Below, one piece after another: positions 16,584 through 29,337 of a DNA stretch of 32,000 nt (positions are counted from its first letter, which is position 1; every line of letters begins with the position of its first letter). Source of the DNA: Allobaculum fili. Its GTDB lineage: Bacteria; Bacillota_I; Bacilli_A; Erysipelotrichales; Erysipelotrichaceae. A program made the translations under genes and the position numbers. A model generated the notes under the pieces. That model was not told the origin of the DNA. It saw only the letters and a list, made by a program, of their open reading frames with translations, and did not search any database. The stretch spans positions 60,001-92,000 of the forward strand of contig NZ_JAHDSX010000004.1 of the NCBI RefSeq assembly GCF_020969955.1, read 5' to 3'.

Positions 16584-16598
16584 CCGTTCTTTTTATTT
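16569..16598 (+). terminator. Rho-independent terminator overlapping the lipoprotein stop codon
   Basis: A perfect stem, GAACGGCT (16569-16576) with AGCCGTTC (16582-16589), has a 5-nt loop and is followed by TTTTTATTT. Confidence 0.8.
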
Positions 16599-16843
16599 GA
16601 GCGCAAGAAGGCGGGAACTGGTAAGCCGTTCTAATCAAAATCGACAGCGACAAGTCCAGTGCAATTTTGAAAAACTGTGAAATAAAACTGCATACGCGTG
16701 ATAAAAAATGGAAAAGACTGTAAAAAGATGAATTTGTATACCAGTCGCTGAACGTATGTGCAGGATAAATAGACACGAACATTTGCACTATTTGTAAAAA
16801 TTAATAAAAATCCTTACCGATTCAATACATTTTACACTTTTTG

Positions 16844-16857
16844 TGAAAGCGCTTTTT
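16844..16857. promoter_or_regulatory. Catabolite-responsive element (cre)-like site upstream of the GH31 gene
   Basis: TGAAAGCGCTTTTT compared with the cre core TGNAANCGNWNNCW has 13 of 14 core positions compatible (the C near the 3' end is T). It lies ~105 nt upstream of the GH31 start. Confidence 0.3.
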
Positions 16858-16963
16858 TCCGTTTTAACTATTGTTTAAAATAGTCGTAGGTCTCAGACCG
16901 CTTTCAGTTTTCCGGATTCGGGCAAATTATGACGGAAAACAAACCTAAGAAAGGAAGGATTCT

Positions 16964-19900
16964 GTGAAATTCCATAAAAGATTTGCGCTGGCTGCACTTT
17001 CTGCTGCGACTTCTTTAGGAACGGTTGTTACCGCTATGCCGGTGACGATTCAGGCTGAAGAAGTGAATTCCAACGCAATTTCCAAAGTTGAAAAGGGTTC
17101 GAAAGACAACGTGATTAACGTTACCTTCGCGGATGGCAATCAAGGGCGGATTACATTTCTCGAAGAAAGCATCTTCCGTTACAACATCGACCCAACCAAG
17201 CAGTTCTCGAAGTATGCAACGGATAGCGGCACTGCCAAAATCCAGGCACAGCCGGATGAATCGGGTACGTATACGCATCCAGCCGCTTCGATTGCAGAAG
17301 ATGATGCTAAATTCACCATTTCCTGCGGCACTACGAAAATTGAATTTTCAAAAACCGACGGCAAAATGACCGTCAAATCCGGCGATAAGACGGTTATGCA
17401 GGAAAAGGAACCGCTTATCCTTTCGCCAAGCGGAACCGCGCAGAAACTCGTCTCCAATGAAGGCGAAGATTTCTATGGCGGCGGTACCCAGAACGGACGT
17501 TTCGTTCATACCGGCGAATCGATCTCCATTTCCAATACGAACAACTGGACCGATGGGGGCGTCGCTTCGCCAAACCCGTTCTACTGGTCCACAAACGGTT
17601 ACGGTGTGCTGCGCAACACCTTCAAACCAGGTACGTATGATTTTGGTAAAACTACCGACGGCACCGTTTCCGCTCAGCATGAAGAGCGGGAATTCGACGC
17701 CTACTATTTCGTATCTGGCGCCGATGAAAAGGCACAGGTGTCCAAAGACCTGCTGCAGGATTACTTCAAAGTTACCGGCAATCCGGTTCTGCTTCCAGAA
17801 TATGCGTTCTATCTGGGCCATCTGAACTGTTACAACCGTGACTCCTGGGATACAACCGGCAGTAAAGGATGGACAATCAAAGGCAGCGAACCTTCAACTT
17901 CTGCGGGAACTACGCTTTATGAAAACGGTATGGCATCCGGATACATTTTGCCAGAAGGAACTCATGCGGAATCTCTGAACGGCGTAAAACCGACCGTCAA
18001 TGCAGACAAATTCAAAGCAGCGGATGCGCCGCGTGAGTATTCAGCTCGTGCGGTTATCGACCGTTATCAAGCTAACGATATGCCATTTGGCTGGTTCCTG
18101 CCAAACGATGGTTATGGATGCGGCTATGGCCAGAATGGTTACGATCAGTCAGGCGGAACAGAAGCCGAACGACAGGCTTCTCTGGATGCCAACCTGCAGA
18201 ACCTGCACGATTTCACCGAATATGCCAATGCACATGGCGTATCGACCGGTCTCTGGACACAGTCCAACCTGTCTCCAATCGCTTCCGAAAAACAGCAGCT
18301 CGTTCGTGACTTCAGGGGCGAGGTAAACACAGGCGGTATTACTACGCTTAAAACCGACGTAGCCTGGGTAGGTTCGGGCTATACCTTCGGTCTGAACGGC
18401 ATCAAAACCGCTTACGATATCGTAACGGGCGACGTTTCCACTCGTCCAAACATTGTTACCCTAGACGGCTGGGCCGGAACACAGCGTTACGGTGCAATCT
18501 GGACCGGCGACCAGTACGGCGGAAACTGGGAATACATCCGTTTCCACATTCCGACATATATTGGTCAGTCCCTCTCCGGAAACCCGAACATTGGATCCGA
18601 TATGGACGGTATTTTCGGCGGTGCACCAATTATCGCTACTCGTGACTACCAGTGGAAGACGTTCACCACGACTATGCTGGACATGGACGGCTGGGGCTCC
18701 TATGTTAAATCTCCATACACCCATGGCGATCCGTATACCGGCATCTCCAGAATGTACCTCAAGCTGAAAGCTCAGCTGATGCCATACATTTATACATCTG
18801 CCGCTTCGGCTGCCAACATTGAATTTGGCAAGGACGGCACCGGCAACAATGACCAGGGTCTGCCAATGATCCGTGCCATGATGCTCGCGGATGATTCCGA
18901 CTATGCCGCTTCCAAAGCAACACAGTATCAGTATCTGTTTGGCGACGCGTTCCTCGTTGCTCCAGTTTATCAGGATACCGAGATGGATGAAGAAACCGGA
19001 AATGACGTTCGTAACGACATCTTCCTGCCAGGCGACGAAAACGATACCTGGATCGACTACTTCACCGGCGAACAGTACAAAGGCGGCCAGATCATTTCCA
19101 ACTTTGACGCACCGCTCTGGAAACTCCCGCTCTTCGTTCGCGGCGGAAGCATTATTCCAATGTACGAAGAAAACAACAACCCGGTAGCCATTTCCGAAGA
19201 CAACCCGGATGGTCTCGACAAGACAAAACGTATTGTTGAATTCTATCCGCAGGGAACAACAGACTACACCTTGTACGAAGATGACGGCATGACCGCCAAC
19301 TCGACCATTACAGAAGATGATGACTACGGCACGATCAACTCCATCAACTACGGCGATCATGTCGAAACGCACTTTACTTCCGCTGTAAACGGCGATAAGG
19401 CAGTATTAACCGCTGAAGCCAGCAAGGGTACATACGAAGGCTACGATTCCAACCGCCAGACCAAGTTTGTTGTGAACGTATCCAAGAAGCCGACATCCGT
19501 TCAGATCAACGGTGCGGCAGGAAATGAAGTCGCTTCGCTTGATGCGTTTGAAAAGCTTGGCGAAAACGAATCCGGCTGGTTCTACGATGCAGAGCCAGAA
19601 ATGAACAAATACGCTGGTGATGAAGACTTTGCGAATATGCATATCATCAATGCACCGAAAGTTTACGTGAAGTTTGCGAAAACGGATGTAAACAAAAACG
19701 CGCAGACCGCAACCATCAACGGTTTCGAAAATACGCAGGCATCCGGCAAGGATGTTCTCGTTGAGTCGATCCCGGCTCCAGTTCTGAGTGCTCCGGCAGA
19801 AGATAAAATTACTTCTTCTTCGATCGAACTTTCCTGGCCGGCAGTAGACGGCGCAACTGGTTATGACGTAATGGTCGGCAGCCAGATCTACCACACAGAA

Positions 19901-22864
19901 AAACCAAAACTGAAACTCAGCGATCAGCCATTCAATACCGCGTTTACGTTCAAGGCCAGAACCAGAACGGCAGACGGCTATTCCAACTGGTCCAGTGAAC
20001 TCACCGTTTCTACTCTGGATGACCCGTGGAGAAATACCCCGACACCAGAAAGCATTACCTGGACTGGCGATATTTACGGCAACCACGATCCAGAACTTGC
20101 CTTTGACCACATTTATCAGTCCGGCGACGGCGGCTTCCACTCCGGCGGAAAAGCCATCGGCGAAAGCATGACCGTAGATCTTGGTCTGATCTATGATCTC
20201 GATTCGATCGAATACTATCCGCGTGACGACCGCGGCAACGGTACCGTAACGTCCATGGATATCGCCCTCTCTCTGGATGGCGTACACTGGACCGATCTGG
20301 AGCGCCAGAACTGGGAACGCAGTGCCGAGACAAAAGTTGTTGACCTGAAAACGGCCAGCAATTCCGCAGCACGTTATGTCCGTCTGATTCCAAGAGCTTC
20401 GGTAGGCAATTTCTTCTCTGCCAGCGAAATCCGCATCAATAAGAAAGACGGAACCAACGGCTGGGCATTAGGAAGCAACCTGCAGCGTGCAGAAGTCAGC
20501 GATGCAGACTACTCGAACATGAAGAACTATCTGGGTCTCCAGAAATCCGAACCAGACACTTCGACATTCGACAGTCAGATCGCAGCGCATCATGCGGACC
20601 TGAACAACAACAACATTTACGACGTATACGATTACTCTTTCACCATGAAGGCACTCGATGGCGGAACGACCAAGGCAGGCGAACCGTCCGGCAACCTGTT
20701 CTTCATGGCCGACAAGACGACCTTCAATGCAGGAGATATCGTTACCGTTTCGCTTTACGGCAACAATATCCAGAATGCCAATGCTCTGGGTGCTCTCTTC
20801 AATTACAGCACGGACACGTTTGAAGCCCTCGTTCCAGGCGGAACATCCGGTGTAACCGGTTCACCGTTCCTTGGCGATATGGAAGACCTCAGCCGTGTAA
20901 GAACGTATACTGACAAGCACGGTACAGTCAACGTGGCCTTCGCTAACCGAGGAGATAAAGCCCTCTATTCCGGTACCCGTGTAGTGGCTGCCTTCCAGCT
21001 GAAGGCGAAGAAAGCCGGCACCAGTGCGGATATCAACCTGGCGCAGAACACAATGGTGATCGGCCCGACCGGTTCCTGCATCGATCGCACCTACGAGCAT
21101 GGATTTGATCCAGATTCCGTTCCTGCTCCGCAGGATAAAGTGCTCGCACGTTCGGATCTGAACATGACGATCACCAACGAAGCCCTGCCAACGGATGACG
21201 GTACAAACGTACAGACTCTTATCCAGCAGGAAAACTTCGACGGACTCTTTAACGGCTCGGACGGCCGCGACTTTGAGTTCACATGGAAAACGGATGGATC
21301 TGCATGGGATGTAAATACCCATAAAGTTCCAGTGACCATCCATATGGGCTTAAAAGAACCGGCTCCGCTCAAGAGCTTCCGCGTGACGGCTGGCGCGCTT
21401 ACCTCAAATGGTAAAGTACGTAAAGTCAGTGCAAAAATCACCTTTGCGGACGGATCGAAGGAAACCTATTCCGGCGGCAATTACGATCAGCCATCGACGG
21501 AATACACCTTCACTATCCCGGATGCTAAGAAAAACGTAAACGTTACAAACATCGATTTCACCGTTGAAGAAAGCGGCAGTGCAACGGCGAGTGATGCGGA
21601 TCCGACCAACGGAACCCTTACGCTCTGCGAGTTCTACATCACCCAGCCGGGTGCAATCGCGGTTGAATCGATTACAGCCGATTCCACGAACAAAAAACAG
21701 CTGAACCTCGGTTCCATCAGTGAAGTGAACGCAACGGTTACTCCGTCGCAGGCTTCCGGCGTATTCACCGTTTCCTCTTCTGACGAAGATGTAGCTGCAG
21801 TTGACTGCGTACAGGATGGCGGCGACGTTACCTGGTATGTTATCGGTAAGAAAGCGGGTAAAGCGACCATTACTGTGGCTTCCGCAACCGACCCAGCTAA
21901 GACAGCGTCGTACGAAGTAGAAGTTGGAAACTTCATTGATCTTACTGAGCTGAACGCAGCCATCGCCCGTGCCGAAAAGACACTGGCAGACGGCATCGTT
22001 CTGGATTCTTCCAAACCGGATCTGGAAGCGGCTATTAAAAAAGCAAAAGACGCTCTCGCTTCCAATTCGCAGGATACAGTCGACTATGCGACCGTTGAAC
22101 TGCTTAACGTTCTGAGTTCTCTGCAGTATCGTGCACCGATGAAGTCCCATCTGATCAACTACACCGGCGATGAAGGCGTAGTCGTAGACAGCGGTTCTTC
22201 CCAGTGCAACGATGAAATGGAAGGTGACGGCTTAGGTACATTCGACGCTTCCCTCGATAAGGATGAGTCGACCTACTGGCATTCCAACTGGTCGACCGCA
22301 AGCGGCATGCCGCAGTACGTACTCTACGATCTGGGCAAGTCCTATGATCTGACGGACGTATCGTTCCTGCCGCGCGTAGGACGCTACAACGGCGACATGT
22401 TCGAAGTGGAACTCCTTGCTGGAAATGACAAAGACAACCTGACTTCGGTCGGTACCTGGACATTTGAACACGGTGCAAAACAGCTGACCGACCGCGGATG
22501 GAAGACAATGACCTTCTCGAGCATAAATGCACGCTATGTTGAAGTGAAAGTCCTCAAGTCCGGCGGTGACCAGCTCGATTCCTATGCATCCATGGCAGAA
22601 ATCAACTTCTATGCAGCAGAAGCCTTCAAGGCGGACGATGTGGATACCACACAGCTGAAACTGGCTGTCGATACCGCTAAGGCTCTCAATGCCGAAGATT
22701 ACGTCCAGAACGCAGCATGGACTGCACTGGAGGATGCCATTGCCGAGGCCGAAGAAATGATTGAAAGCCCGAGAAGCCAGGCTGTAGTCAACAGCATTGC
22801 TCTCAAGCTCAACCAGGCTCTGCTCAATGCCCGCATCAAACCAAGTGCAGAAAAACTTGCCTAA
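16964..22864 (+). CDS. Secreted multi-domain glycoside hydrolase family 31 enzyme (1966 aa) with FN3, F5/8 type C (CBM32-like), dockerin-/cohesin-like, Big_2 and FIVAR modules
   Basis: A GTG start follows the RBS AAGGAAGGA. The signal peptide is MKFHKRFALAALSAATSLGTVVTAMPVTIQA. The GH31-like core has LKTDVAWVG, WTGDQYGGNWEY and GSDMDGIFGG. An FN3 module is indicated by IELSWPAVDGATGYDV. Discoidin-like modules are indicated by YVRLIP...ASEIRI and ARYVEVKV...MAEINFY. A Big_2 module is indicated by VTPSQASGVFTVSSSDEDVAAV. FIVAR-like helical repeats lie near the C-terminus. No LPXTG anchor is present. Confidence 0.88.
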   Translation: MKFHKRFALAALSAATSLGTVVTAMPVTIQAEEVNSNAISKVEKGSKDNVINVTFADGNQGRITFLEESIFRYNIDPTKQFSKYATDSGTAKIQAQPDESGTYTHPAASIAEDDAKFTISCGTTKIEFSKTDGKMTVKSGDKTVMQEKEPLILSPSGTAQKLVSNEGEDFYGGGTQNGRFVHTGESISISNTNNWTDGGVASPNPFYWSTNGYGVLRNTFKPGTYDFGKTTDGTVSAQHEEREFDAYYFVSGADEKAQVSKDLLQDYFKVTGNPVLLPEYAFYLGHLNCYNRDSWDTTGSKGWTIKGSEPSTSAGTTLYENGMASGYILPEGTHAESLNGVKPTVNADKFKAADAPREYSARAVIDRYQANDMPFGWFLPNDGYGCGYGQNGYDQSGGTEAERQASLDANLQNLHDFTEYANAHGVSTGLWTQSNLSPIASEKQQLVRDFRGEVNTGGITTLKTDVAWVGSGYTFGLNGIKTAYDIVTGDVSTRPNIVTLDGWAGTQRYGAIWTGDQYGGNWEYIRFHIPTYIGQSLSGNPNIGSDMDGIFGGAPIIATRDYQWKTFTTTMLDMDGWGSYVKSPYTHGDPYTGISRMYLKLKAQLMPYIYTSAASAANIEFGKDGTGNNDQGLPMIRAMMLADDSDYAASKATQYQYLFGDAFLVAPVYQDTEMDEETGNDVRNDIFLPGDENDTWIDYFTGEQYKGGQIISNFDAPLWKLPLFVRGGSIIPMYEENNNPVAISEDNPDGLDKTKRIVEFYPQGTTDYTLYEDDGMTANSTITEDDDYGTINSINYGDHVETHFTSAVNGDKAVLTAEASKGTYEGYDSNRQTKFVVNVSKKPTSVQINGAAGNEVASLDAFEKLGENESGWFYDAEPEMNKYAGDEDFANMHIINAPKVYVKFAKTDVNKNAQTATINGFENTQASGKDVLVESIPAPVLSAPAEDKITSSSIELSWPAVDGATGYDVMVGSQIYHTEKPKLKLSDQPFNTAFTFKARTRTADGYSNWSSELTVSTLDDPWRNTPTPESITWTGDIYGNHDPELAFDHIYQSGDGGFHSGGKAIGESMTVDLGLIYDLDSIEYYPRDDRGNGTVTSMDIALSLDGVHWTDLERQNWERSAETKVVDLKTASNSAARYVRLIPRASVGNFFSASEIRINKKDGTNGWALGSNLQRAEVSDADYSNMKNYLGLQKSEPDTSTFDSQIAAHHADLNNNNIYDVYDYSFTMKALDGGTTKAGEPSGNLFFMADKTTFNAGDIVTVSLYGNNIQNANALGALFNYSTDTFEALVPGGTSGVTGSPFLGDMEDLSRVRTYTDKHGTVNVAFANRGDKALYSGTRVVAAFQLKAKKAGTSADINLAQNTMVIGPTGSCIDRTYEHGFDPDSVPAPQDKVLARSDLNMTITNEALPTDDGTNVQTLIQQENFDGLFNGSDGRDFEFTWKTDGSAWDVNTHKVPVTIHMGLKEPAPLKSFRVTAGALTSNGKVRKVSAKITFADGSKETYSGGNYDQPSTEYTFTIPDAKKNVNVTNIDFTVEESGSATASDADPTNGTLTLCEFYITQPGAIAVESITADSTNKKQLNLGSISEVNATVTPSQASGVFTVSSSDEDVAAVDCVQDGGDVTWYVIGKKAGKATITVASATDPAKTASYEVEVGNFIDLTELNAAIARAEKTLADGIVLDSSKPDLEAAIKKAKDALASNSQDTVDYATVELLNVLSSLQYRAPMKSHLINYTGDEGVVVDSGSSQCNDEMEGDGLGTFDASLDKDESTYWHSNWSTASGMPQYVLYDLGKSYDLTDVSFLPRVGRYNGDMFEVELLAGNDKDNLTSVGTWTFEHGAKQLTDRGWKTMTFSSINARYVEVKVLKSGGDQLDSYASMAEINFYAAEAFKADDVDTTQLKLAVDTAKALNAEDYVQNAAWTALEDAIAEAEEMIESPRSQAVVNSIALKLNQALLNARIKPSAEKLA

Positions 22865-22921
22865 CTGAACTAACCGGATTTCATCGAAGCGCTTCGAAAA
22901 TCCAATTCAGGCTTTATAAAT

Positions 22922-22954
22922 GGCGGCAGCCCCAGACGGGACTGCCGCTTTTTT
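22922..22954 (+). terminator. Rho-independent terminator after the GH31 gene, preceded by a second hairpin at 22876-22903
   Basis: GGCGGCAG (22922-22929) pairs with CTGCCGC (22942-22948) and is followed by TTTTTT. Upstream there is a hairpin, GGATTT-TCGAAG/CTTCGA-AAATCC. Confidence 0.8.
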
Positions 22955-23291
22955 GAATGGAACGACAAAGACCGTACATCCGGAATCAGGGAAACGGGAA
23001 AAGCCGGCTGCCCCACAGGGCTGGACATCGACATTGTCTCTGTATGTAATAAAATAAACATACACAGGCAAAAATCATGAAAGCTTTGTGCAAATCGCGA
23101 TCAGCCTGACAGCTGCTTCTGTTCTTGGAGTTCTTACGATCGTTTCGAACGGACCCAACGAGAAAAATCAGAACGGTCGAACGATGCCCGAAGCTTACAT
23201 GTGATATAAACTGCTCTGTCTGGATCGGTTTTATGCGGAAAGACTGGACTTAAAAGGATTCCTTGAATTCATTATCGTTCCGGATTTATGA

Positions 23292-27026
<3,735 letters not shown>

Positions 27027-27087
27027 GCCGGAGCCGATTAAAATCCTGCTTAGAAACAAGAATTAAGCGACGATTCAGCCCCAAATG

Positions 27088-27128
27088 AAGACAGCCGGTT
27101 TCCCTTGCGGGAAGCCGGCTGTCTTTTT
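27088..27128. terminator. Bidirectional rho-independent terminator between the convergent lacZ and galM genes
   Basis: A 17-bp stem, AAGACAGCCGGTTTCCC (27088-27104) with GGGAAGCCGGCTGTCTT (27109-27125), has one G-T pair and the loop TTGC. TTT follows on the plus strand. Confidence 0.85.
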
Positions 27129-27140
27129 GGCAGGAAATCA

Positions 27141-28157
27141 TTATTTCGTATAGAAACGATACAAAATTTCTTCGTGGAACGGTTCATCCTTTTTGAGGAT
27201 GACATCGGGATGTTCCTGATTGTGAATGGAGTCGGGGAGCATCTGCGGTTCGACCGCTACGCCCCAGTGCTGGTTATAAGTTTTGCCGTCGCGGCCCGGG
27301 TGATTTTCCACGTAGTTGGCGGAGTAGACCTGAACGCCCGGCAGAGTCGTTTCGACTTCTACGGTTCGTCCGGATTTCGGATCGGTGAGGATCAGAGCCG
27401 GGGATCCGGTTTCGAGAACAAAATGGTGGTCGATGCCGTTGGCGTTTTTCACGTTCCAGTCGCTCTGATCAAAGCCCTGTTTCACGGGTGCAAAGTCGCG
27501 GAAATCGAGCGGTGTGCCTTCCACTTCCCGGAACTTGCCCATGCAAAGGCCATCCGGATCGACGAGACCATGACGAATGGCCGAAATTTTCATCAAATGA
27601 TCGCCCGCATCTTCCTCCATGCCGTTGAGGTTGAAGTAGGTGTGCTGGGTGAGGTTGAGCAGCGTATCGGCATCGGACTTGGCATCGTAGGAAATACGCA
27701 GAGTATTGTCGACAAGTTCGAGCGTGCAGTGGAGCGTGAGCGTTCCGGGATAGCCTTCTTCGCCGTCTTTGGAAACGTAGGTGAAGATCAGCTTGTCGCC
27801 TTCGATTTTTGAATCGAAGTTTTTGTAGGAAAATCCTTCCAGACCGCCATGCAGGGAGTTGGGACCGTTATTAACGGCAGCATGGTAGTGCTTGCCGTTG
27901 AGCGTGTATTCGCCGTTGGCCAGACGATTGCAGACACGGCCGACCAGCGCACCAAAATAGGTGCCGGATTTTGCCATATAGTCATCGATCGTTTCGTAAC
28001 CCAGAATGACATTCGTCTTCTTCTGGTTTTCGTCTTTCATGTCGATCTCAATCAGCGTTACGCCATAGCTGGTAACGAGAACGCGCAGCTGATCGTTTTC
28101 CATTTCGTACAGACAGATTCCGTCCGGACGTTTTTCAAGCAGTTTAATCATGAGCAT
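27141..28157 (-). CDS. galM: Aldose 1-epimerase (galactose mutarotase)
   Basis: The 338-aa product has mutarotase motifs (GRVCNRLANGEYTLNGKHY, NGPNSLHGGLEGF, HTYFNL). An RBS (AAGGAAGGAG) lies upstream of the ATG. Confidence 0.9.
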   Translation of the reverse strand: MLMIKLLEKRPDGICLYEMENDQLRVLVTSYGVTLIEIDMKDENQKKTNVILGYETIDDYMAKSGTYFGALVGRVCNRLANGEYTLNGKHYHAAVNNGPNSLHGGLEGFSYKNFDSKIEGDKLIFTYVSKDGEEGYPGTLTLHCTLELVDNTLRISYDAKSDADTLLNLTQHTYFNLNGMEEDAGDHLMKISAIRHGLVDPDGLCMGKFREVEGTPLDFRDFAPVKQGFDQSDWNVKNANGIDHHFVLETGSPALILTDPKSGRTVEVETTLPGVQVYSANYVENHPGRDGKTYNQHWGVAVEPQMLPDSIHNQEHPDVILKKDEPFHEEILYRFYTK

Positions 28158-28446
28158 GCAGCTCCTTCCTTTTTCTATCCGTCTATCATTGTAGCCAGAT
28201 CTGTTCAGGAAAAGTACAAAAGGTTGAAAAGGCTTTCGAAAAACGGGTTCGCAGTCAGACTGTCGCTGCCCGATCCGTCAGGCGACTGAGGCAAAGACAA
28301 GACAATCCCAGATGAATAAATATTGGAATGTGCCAGTACGACCAGACTCGGACGGGTCGGGGTACAGGGATGGAAAAGCGGCCGGTCTGTGAAATTGGAC
28401 AGGCTGAAGTCAGTAATTATAATGGAAAGGAAATGGAGGAGTCCGT

Positions 28447-29337
28447 ATGTTCATTCTTGCTCTGGACAGTCTGGAAGATCTGGAGACCATAATCGAAGCC
28501 AGACCCGATGCGATCGTTCTTGGCATAGAACCCTTTTGCGCCCGTACGCGAGCCGTAACGGATTGGAATCAGCTCCCCGCGCTGGTCAGGCGCATGCATG
28601 AAGCGGGAATTCAGGTGTATATCAACCTCTTAGCCATGATCGAGCAGCCCAGACTGCAAGCCTGCACAGAGGCGTTTGGACAGCTGGCGAAGATGGGTGT
28701 CGACGGCCTGTATGTCGCGGATGACGGCTGGCTGGAAATTGCGTACGCGTACAATCCAGAAACGCTTTCTCTTCTGATTGTTCAGCCGGAAACGCTGCTT
28801 TGCAGCGGGGAAGACGCCAGTTTCTTTGCCAGACAGGGAACACAAGCGCAGTCGCTTTCGCATGAACTAAGTGAAGCGGAACTGATTGCCTGCGTAAAAA
28901 CGTGTCCAAGCTGCGAACTGCTTTGTGCCGGCCATTATTCCTGGATGGAAAGCCGAAGAGGACTGCTCTCCAATTATCTCCATCAGATCGAAAAGCCTGA
29001 AGACTTTCAGGAGGGCCGTCTGTATACCCTTCGGGAAATGAACCGTCACGGACGCATGCCGGTTTGGCAGGATCATCTGGGAACTCATGTTCTTTCCGAT
29101 GAAGTGTTCCAGGCGGGCGAATATCTGCTTCCTTTGCGGGAAGCCGGACTGCAGCGCTATCGCATTGACTGTCTGCTCATGGGCAACACCTGGGGACTCG
29201 ACATGCTTAAGGCGTATCGAACGCTGCTGACTGAAGGAACGGATGCTCTGAGTCCCAAGCAGAAAGAGGCGATTTCCAGTACGATTTGGAAAAGCTCGTC
29301 ATTAATTCGAAAGGAGAAAAGCCATGGAACACGTTGA
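28447..29337 (+). CDS. Peptidase U32 family-like protein, short partner (B. subtilis YrrN-like)
   Basis: The 296-aa ORF has the RBS GGAGGAG. The N-terminal TIM-barrel-like pattern (DAIVLGIEPF..., GIQVYINL, GVDGLYVAD) resembles the U32 family. It overlaps the next U32 gene by 14 nt. Confidence 0.65.
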   Translation: MFILALDSLEDLETIIEARPDAIVLGIEPFCARTRAVTDWNQLPALVRRMHEAGIQVYINLLAMIEQPRLQACTEAFGQLAKMGVDGLYVADDGWLEIAYAYNPETLSLLIVQPETLLCSGEDASFFARQGTQAQSLSHELSEAELIACVKTCPSCELLCAGHYSWMESRRGLLSNYLHQIEKPEDFQEGRLYTLREMNRHGRMPVWQDHLGTHVLSDEVFQAGEYLLPLREAGLQRYRIDCLLMGNTWGLDMLKAYRTLLTEGTDALSPKQKEAISSTIWKSSSLIRKEKSHGTR

